Source: Candidatus Aminicenantes bacterium | Lineage (GTDB): Bacteria > Acidobacteriota > Aminicenantia > JAMOAD01 | Length of the DNA stretch: 64,000 nt | Assembly (NCBI GenBank): GCA_035403085.1 | Contig: DAONEM010000005.1 | Location: forward strand, 14,515 to 78,514 | Direction of reading: 5' to 3' | Part shown: piece after piece, positions 58,596-64,000 of the stretch | How the letters are laid out: each line of letters starts with the position of its first letter | Numbering within the stretch: the stretch's first letter is position 1 | Translations under genes and position numbers: made by a program | Notes under the pieces: generated by a model | What the model was told of the DNA's origin: nothing | Database searches by the model: none | The model's input: the letters and a program-made list of their open reading frames with translations, nothing else

Positions 58596-58604
58596 GAGAC
58601 GGCC

Positions 58605-59762
58605 ATGAGCACTTCCTGCCAACGGACCCTCTTTCGCCAACGGAGGTGGACCGAAACCCTGCGGTGGCTGAACGGCTCCTCATCCCAACGCTCTCTCCGG
58701 GAGAGAGGGGAGGGGGAGTCCCGTTACTTCGGCCAAGGGGGCGTGCAACACTGGAGCCGGTCCCTCCCTTGGAAAGAGGAGGAGGGAGAGTTTTGTGAGG
58801 CCTACTACCGGGGAAAGGGGGAGGAGCTGGCCACTCTCTTTCCCGAAGCGGAGGTTGTCGTTCGGGTTTGGAGGGACCACCGGGAGATCCTGGGTCCTCA
58901 GGGCGGTGAAGGCGTCAAGAGGGAGTATGGAGAGACCCTGAAGTTGACCCATCCCCGTAAACCTTGGGCCGAATACACCGCCTACTCCTCCCAGGAGAGG
59001 GGCGTCGCCTATGCCGCCGCCGGCGAAGCCTTCAAGGCCCTTCTCGCGGAGAGAGAACCTCGGCCCTTGCCCAAGGGCCCGAGGGACTTCCTCTTCGAGG
59101 GGCGGGGGGCGGGGATCTTCTTCCATGAGATTCTCGGCCACCTGCTGGAGGCGGACACGGCCCTCTACCCAGGGTCCCCTTTCCGGTTGGAGAGGATAGG
59201 GGAGAGACTCTTCCCGGAGGGGCTGGGGGTTGTCGATCTGGCCGACGGCCTTGGCGTCCAGGATGATGAGGGGACTCCCTCGCAGAGGGTGGTCCTTGTG
59301 GAGGGGGGTGTCCTGAGAGGCTTTGTCTCGGATAAGAAGCATCTTCTCCTGGGGTTTCCCCAGGGGGGGAGAGGGAGGAGGGAGAGCTACCGGTTCCCTC
59401 CCCTGCCAAGGCAGAACATCATCTCCGTGGAACCTGGCCGGAAGGAGCGGCGGCAGATTCTCGAGGAGTCCAGCGGAGCGGTTTGGATCAAAAACCTACG
59501 GAGCGGTCTTATGGACAGGCGGTCTCTCACCTTCGAACTCCAGATTACCGAAGCCTACCTCTTGGGCAAGAACGTTTCGGAGACGACTCTCTTGCGCCCC
59601 TTTTCCATCAGGGCCCACCTGGGAAGTTTTCTGGGTAGGATCAGCGATCTCTCTCGGGAGGTCTATGCGGGAGGGCGGGAGGGAATCTGCATGAAATCCG
59701 GTCAGATGGTGCGGATAGGGTACCGGGTTCCTCTGGTGAAGGTCCGGGGAGTGGAGCCATGA
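58605..59762 (+). CDS. TldD-like metallopeptidase (short form)
   Basis: HExxxGH motif FHEILGHLLEAD; 385 aa, shorter than canonical TldD. Confidence 0.6.
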   Translation: MSTSCQRTLFRQRRWTETLRWLNGSSSQRSLRERGEGESRYFGQGGVQHWSRSLPWKEEEGEFCEAYYRGKGEELATLFPEAEVVVRVWRDHREILGPQGGEGVKREYGETLKLTHPRKPWAEYTAYSSQERGVAYAAAGEAFKALLAEREPRPLPKGPRDFLFEGRGAGIFFHEILGHLLEADTALYPGSPFRLERIGERLFPEGLGVVDLADGLGVQDDEGTPSQRVVLVEGGVLRGFVSDKKHLLLGFPQGGRGRRESYRFPPLPRQNIISVEPGRKERRQILEESSGAVWIKNLRSGLMDRRSLTFELQITEAYLLGKNVSETTLLRPFSIRAHLGSFLGRISDLSREVYAGGREGICMKSGQMVRIGYRVPLVKVRGVEP

Positions 59763-60871
59763 GAGAGGTCGGTGCCGATCTGGTCGAGAGGGGCTACCGC
59801 TCTTTTGACCTCTTCCATGAGAACCGATGGGTAGATACGCTCTCCATCTCCCCTTCAGGGAAGATGGAGGAGCACAGGAGGGAGGAGGGATGGGCCTTTC
59901 GCTTCTTTACCGGAGGCCTCCGGGTCCACTCCTACTCCGGCACCTCCTCCCTCCCCCCCTTCCCGCCTCCGCAGGTTCTCCACGGGCCCTCGCCCTTCGA
60001 CCTTCTTCCAGAGGGGATCCCCTCTCCTGCGCAGAGACACCCTGGCCAGGAGTCAGATCTTTGGAAGGAGCTCAGGGACGACCTCTTCGGCGGAGCCGCC
60101 GGAGAGGTCCGGCGACTCCGTTTCGTCAAGGGTCAGAGGGAGTTCTTCAACGCCAAAGGGGCCTGGGGTGAGTACCCCTTCTCGTGGGCCGAGATTCTTC
60201 TCGTCACCCCCACCTTCTCCGCAACCCTCCGCTCCGGGGATGTCAAGGCCCTTCTCTCTCAGTGGAGAGAGGCGAAGAAGAGCCTTCAGCCTTGTGAAGG
60301 GAAGAGGCTTTGCCGTGCCTCCTCCCTCAGATTTTCCCCTTGGGCGGCCTCCCAGCTTCTCGATTTCTTAATCCCCTATCTCTACCGCCTTCCCCTCTAC
60401 ACCTGGACCGGTAACCCCTCCCTCTCCCTCTTCGACGACCCTCTCCTTGCCGGGGGAAGCCGGGGGTACCCCTTCGACGGGGAAGGGGTACCCGCACAAA
60501 GGAGAGCCATCCTGAGCAAGGGTACCGTTGTAGGGAGGATCGTCGACGCCCGCTCCTCCTTTCGTGACGGGGGTGCCTTGACGGGAAACCTTGCCCGGAT
60601 CGACCCCTGGACGGCTCCGCTCCTTCTCCCTTCCAACGTGGAGCTGATCCTGGACGAAACCACCGACCGGGAGGCTCCCCAGGTCATGAGGGTGGAGGAG
60701 AGCGACCTGGAGGGCGGAGAGCTCTTCCTGAGGCTGGTTCTGGAAGATGGAACTACCACCTTGCTTGCCGAAAAGATCGAAGATTTTATCCGGCGGTTGT
60801 CCAGAGCCTCCGGGGAAAAAGCCCTCTTCGGGGGCTTCTCGGTCCCGCCCCTCTTCTGGGGGAGACCCTAG
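59759..60871 (+). CDS. TldE/PmbA-like partner protein
   Basis: 370 aa, translationally coupled (4-nt overlap) to the TldD-like gene; PmbA/TldD family pattern without HExxxH. Confidence 0.5.
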   Translation: MREVGADLVERGYRSFDLFHENRWVDTLSISPSGKMEEHRREEGWAFRFFTGGLRVHSYSGTSSLPPFPPPQVLHGPSPFDLLPEGIPSPAQRHPGQESDLWKELRDDLFGGAAGEVRRLRFVKGQREFFNAKGAWGEYPFSWAEILLVTPTFSATLRSGDVKALLSQWREAKKSLQPCEGKRLCRASSLRFSPWAASQLLDFLIPYLYRLPLYTWTGNPSLSLFDDPLLAGGSRGYPFDGEGVPAQRRAILSKGTVVGRIVDARSSFRDGGALTGNLARIDPWTAPLLLPSNVELILDETTDREAPQVMRVEESDLEGGELFLRLVLEDGTTTLLAEKIEDFIRRLSRASGEKALFGGFSVPPLFWGRP

Positions 60872-61009
60872 AGAGGAAAAGTCGCCCCCCTCTTCCTGGC
60901 TGTTCCCGAAGGGAAACACCAAGGGGGAGGTTATCGAAGCCTGCGGTGAAGCTCTCCGTCGCCGCAGGTCGCCCTCAACACCGATCAGCGGTGGAGGAAG
61001 GTCGGAGGA

Positions 61010-61630
61010 TCAGGAGTAGGCCAGTTCACAGAGTTTGTAGTACCAAACGGATTGTTTGGTGGTGTGAAGCTTGAACCAGGCCTCTAAGATCTCAGGGGCG
61101 TAGAGATGAAGAGCTTCGAAGATAGAGCGCGCGAACTCAACCGGTGCAATCCCCGAGGCGGTAATGATGTTCTGGTCGCTAACGGCGAGAGCCTCTTGGT
61201 ACCGATCCTGCCCCCGGTATTCACCAAGGTGGAGAAACTCCGGAGCATTGCTTGTGTGGTTGACGGTGTTGAGGAATCCTCTCTTTGCCAGCCCGAGAGT
61301 TGCTCCGCAGATGGCCGCCACGGGGACCTGTGCCTTTATGAACCTCTCCGCGACGGAGAGAGCGAGATCGTGCCTATCGCCATCCCAACCGCTGCCTCCG
61401 CAAAGGACAAACATGGCGCACTCTTCGACCCTTACGTTTTGCAGAAGCGCGTCTGGAGCAATCCTGATGCCGCCGGCGGTCGTGATAGGGTCAAGAGAGC
61501 TTGCGCAGGTCTCCACGACGAGACGTTCGGGAGCGTTCTGGAAGGTGGAATCGTTGATCCCGGGGGCAAGATACCCATACTCCCAGTCAGAGAGGGAATC
61601 GTAAACGTAGAGGCTGACTTTCTTTTGCAT
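61010..61630 (-). CDS. DJ-1/PfpI family protein
   Basis: Nucleophile elbow AICGATLGLA; start at MQKKVSLYV (cat 61628-61630). Confidence 0.7.
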   Translation of the reverse strand: MQKKVSLYVYDSLSDWEYGYLAPGINDSTFQNAPERLVVETCASSLDPITTAGGIRIAPDALLQNVRVEECAMFVLCGGSGWDGDRHDLALSVAERFIKAQVPVAAICGATLGLAKRGFLNTVNHTSNAPEFLHLGEYRGQDRYQEALAVSDQNIITASGIAPVEFARSIFEALHLYAPEILEAWFKLHTTKQSVWYYKLCELAYS

Positions 61631-61650
61631 ACCGTCTCCTAAGGGAAAAC

Positions 61651-62286
61651 TTACAACCCTAGCTCTTCGCCGATGAGTATAACCTTGATTCTCCTCTTGG
61701 GGTAGCACTTTTCGATGATGGACCAGACATTGCAGATCCTCTGATCACTGCTGCAGTTCACGCAAGATCCCGTCTTCTGGCATGGTGTTTGGAAGTTTGG
61801 ATGCCGCTTGATGTTCCCTGGAGCGCAATGGGTCTTGATTCTTTCCATGCCCTCTTCAAGATCTTTCACGATTTTGTTCTTTCCCACGGTTAACACCACG
61901 TTCCTCGGGCCGAAGACGATTCCCCCGATTCTGTTCCCCGTCATGTCCATGTTGAGAATTTGCCCCCTCTCTGTAACCGCGTTTGATCCGGTGAGGAAGA
62001 GATCGACGCTCAAGGCCTCCCTTCTCGCCTTTACCCGCTCCTTTCCGGTCTGGTCCATGTTGAAGGTTTCGATGAAAAGGATCTTCTTGTTCGCCTTGAG
62101 ATCCTCGAGGATTCTTGTTCCTTTCAGCGTTTCAGAATCGCCGTATGAGACGCTCTGAGGCTCTATGGAGGGGAGCATCTCCCTTGCGAAGAGCTCTCTC
62201 GCCTCAGCGGCGCTTCCGCAAAGGTAGACTTCGAACCCGTTGTGCTCGAGAGCGGCCTTTGTCGTGTTCATGGATTCCGAGAACAT
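61651..62286 (-). CDS. LUD domain protein (LutC/YkgG-like) with C-terminal Cys cluster
   Basis: LFLTGSNAVTERGQIL and ...GPRNVVLTVG pattern of LUD/DUF162; extra CxxxxC...C...C tail. Confidence 0.5.
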   Translation of the reverse strand: MFSESMNTTKAALEHNGFEVYLCGSAAEARELFAREMLPSIEPQSVSYGDSETLKGTRILEDLKANKKILFIETFNMDQTGKERVKARREALSVDLFLTGSNAVTERGQILNMDMTGNRIGGIVFGPRNVVLTVGKNKIVKDLEEGMERIKTHCAPGNIKRHPNFQTPCQKTGSCVNCSSDQRICNVWSIIEKCYPKRRIKVILIGEELGL

Positions 62287-62388
62287 AGATCACCCGTAGT
62301 AAAAAAAGTCTCAACAGCGTGTCAGCATAGCATAGGCTCAACCTGTGTGACAAACGCCGAGGGAAGTTGAAGAGGTTGCGAGTCCAGT

Positions 62389-63276
62389 TCAACCCACCCA
62401 CTGGACGCTCTTCATCTTTCGAGATATGCCCCGTTGGAACCGGTGTCTTGGATATCCTACAATGATCGACGAAACAACCTCTTGATCATCGCTTAGGCCG
62501 AAGAGGGCCCGAAGTTCCCTCTTGTTGTTGATTGCGGGGGGGATGATGTCCATGATGGAAGCGCCTAAACCGAGGGAGTGTGCGGAAAGCATCCCATAAG
62601 CCGCGGCAATGTGGATGTCCGCGGAGATCTCTTCTTCCCCTTTTCGAGACAAGAGCAAGATCATTGCCGGAGCGCCTCGGGTGATCGTGTCTTCACTGCC
62701 CTCTCTTAACCCCGGAAGACTCCTCTTCAACGAGGGGACCAAATGCCTCTGCATTGTCAAGAAGCGTCTCTTCCCGACCTCCCTTTTTATGAAATGCCTC
62801 TTGATGGGGTTGCCGAGAGCTTTCAACAGGGAATCGTAGAGATCGACCATGAGGGGAAGAGACTCTTTCATGACGCTTTTGCTGTTGACAACGATGAGCT
62901 CGAACTTCAACGGTGGAAAGCCGGGAGGGGAGAAGGATATGGCGTTCACGATGTCTTCGAGCTTTTCGGCTTCCACCTCTCTATCGGTGAAGTTTCGTAC
63001 CGCCCTCCTCGTGGAAATCAGGTCGTAAAAAGGTTTTGGCTCAATCTTGACCTCCGGTAAGGGAAAGAAGTCTTTCCCGTAATCCAATCCGCTGACGACC
63101 ACGGACTCGGTCGGGCAGATCGCCATACAATGTCCGCACCGGAAACAGGCCTCGACCCTTAAGGGATCCGCGTACACAGAATTAGACGCATCGAATCGGG
63201 GGATTCTGTTCGGACAAACATCTACACAAAGGCCACATCTTGTACAGGTGCTGGTATCGAAAGTCATCTTCGTCAT
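62389..63276 (-). CDS. 4Fe-4S ferredoxin domain + nitroreductase family protein
   Basis: Two CxxCxxCxxxCP clusters (CTRCGLCVDVCP, CFRCGHCMAICP), then nitroreductase-like fold (RRAVRNF...). Confidence 0.75.
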   Translation of the reverse strand: MTKMTFDTSTCTRCGLCVDVCPNRIPRFDASNSVYADPLRVEACFRCGHCMAICPTESVVVSGLDYGKDFFPLPEVKIEPKPFYDLISTRRAVRNFTDREVEAEKLEDIVNAISFSPPGFPPLKFELIVVNSKSVMKESLPLMVDLYDSLLKALGNPIKRHFIKREVGKRRFLTMQRHLVPSLKRSLPGLREGSEDTITRGAPAMILLLSRKGEEEISADIHIAAAYGMLSAHSLGLGASIMDIIPPAINNKRELRALFGLSDDQEVVSSIIVGYPRHRFQRGISRKMKSVQWVG

Positions 63277-63380
63277 TGGTCTCTCCGAATTTGCCGAAGG
63301 CCTCCCCGGGAAAGCTAAACCGGGCTTCCGCCGGAGCGTAGGAGAATTGTTTGTCCGGTAAGTAGGGCTGTTGTAGGGCT

Positions 63381-63788
63381 TTATTTTAATCCTTTCTCGT
63401 TGAAGAACTGTGAATATTTCATGTCACTCCCTTTGATATGGTTCTTGAGCCAATCGCTTAAAAAAGTCATGATTTCGATAGACAGAGTCAGTTTTCCCTT
63501 TTCAAATCCATCTTTAAACTCTAAAACCTTTTTAACAAAGGCGGCATGCTCTTTCTTATGGCTGTCGGCCTCTGGATACTTAAACCGGGCGAAGTATTTT
63601 TCTTCTGTGCTGAAGTGAGTCGAAGTGTAACCGACCAATCCATTTACAATCTTGTCCAAGACATCTTTCCCTTTCCCCTGTTTCATGGCGTCGTTAAGGT
63701 CGTTGATCATAGACACCAGCTTTTGATGTTGTTGGTCAATCTCTACAACCTTTACGCTGAGGCTTTCATTCCACTGAATCAACGCCAT
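63381..63788 (-). CDS. bacteriohemerythrin (hemerythrin-like metal-binding protein)
   Basis: W..S..V....ID.QH..L...IN....A, His/Glu ligands (HF..EE, H...H, ...D...HI); 135 aa. Confidence 0.85.
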   Translation of the reverse strand: MALIQWNESLSVKVVEIDQQHQKLVSMINDLNDAMKQGKGKDVLDKIVNGLVGYTSTHFSTEEKYFARFKYPEADSHKKEHAAFVKKVLEFKDGFEKGKLTLSIEIMTFLSDWLKNHIKGSDMKYSQFFNEKGLK

Positions 63789-64000
63789 TTTAATTCTCCT
63801 TGTCGTTTTGTTTCACGAAATCGATCTCGGTCTCAATCTCCTCAAGGGGCATCTCGAATTACGCAGATCTGGTTGTTCTCTGTCATTAACACCTCCTCTG
63901 CAAACGCTGTCCTGTAAGATAGAATTGGGAAAAGCACAACCCCTATCCATGTCCCCTTTTCTTTTTCAAAACACCGTTGGGCCGAGAAACCGCGGTATAC

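Noticed and set aside
1-64000. Search for CRISPR arrays, tRNA/rRNA genes, IS elements or integrases
   Set aside because: No direct-repeat/spacer periodicity, no cloverleaf-like conserved tRNA motifs (GTTCGA / T-loop) in the few gaps >100 nt, and no transposase or integrase-like ORF; coding density leaves no room for an array.

Overview
This window is a high-GC (~60%), densely coding, chromosomal-looking stretch from a Gram-negative-type bacterium. It encodes HflKC, TonB-like and AMIN/AmiC proteins, T2SS-like pseudopilins and a Tat-signal protein. There are about 59 protein-coding genes with many 4-nt (ATGA/GTGA) translationally coupled junctions. No rRNA, tRNA, CRISPR or clear mobile element is visible.

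Recognisable housekeeping genes:
- hpt, tag, pepP, hflK, hflC, cobB (Sir2) and folC
- malic enzyme and an EF-G paralogue
- smpB, yraN, mutL, smc, rpiB and glyA
- a split C-N hydrolase/nadE pair, a sodium:solute symporter and galK

The less ordinary content, strongest first:
- A 1042-aa protein fuses an atypical receiver domain (Glu in place of the phospho-acceptor Asp), a Hanks-type Ser/Thr kinase, one TM helix and a periplasmic TonB C-terminal domain.
- Two tandem alkaline-phosphatase-family paralogues with different export signals lie downstream of the EF-G paralogue.
- The smc gene sits between an SBP/histidine-kinase pair and a MobB-like/CGGC protein plus a B12-type radical SAM gene.
- A 753-aa protein with no recognisable domain is wedged between yraN and mutL.
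- Four minor pseudopilin genes lie next to comEA with no major pilin.
- MprF-like domains occur as separate genes.
- A compact TldD/TldE pair follows galK.
- A terminal lower-GC block (~61.0-64.0 kb) carries DJ-1/PfpI, LUD, ferredoxin-nitroreductase and hemerythrin genes.

All calls rest on motif recognition in the supplied translations; no database search was possible.
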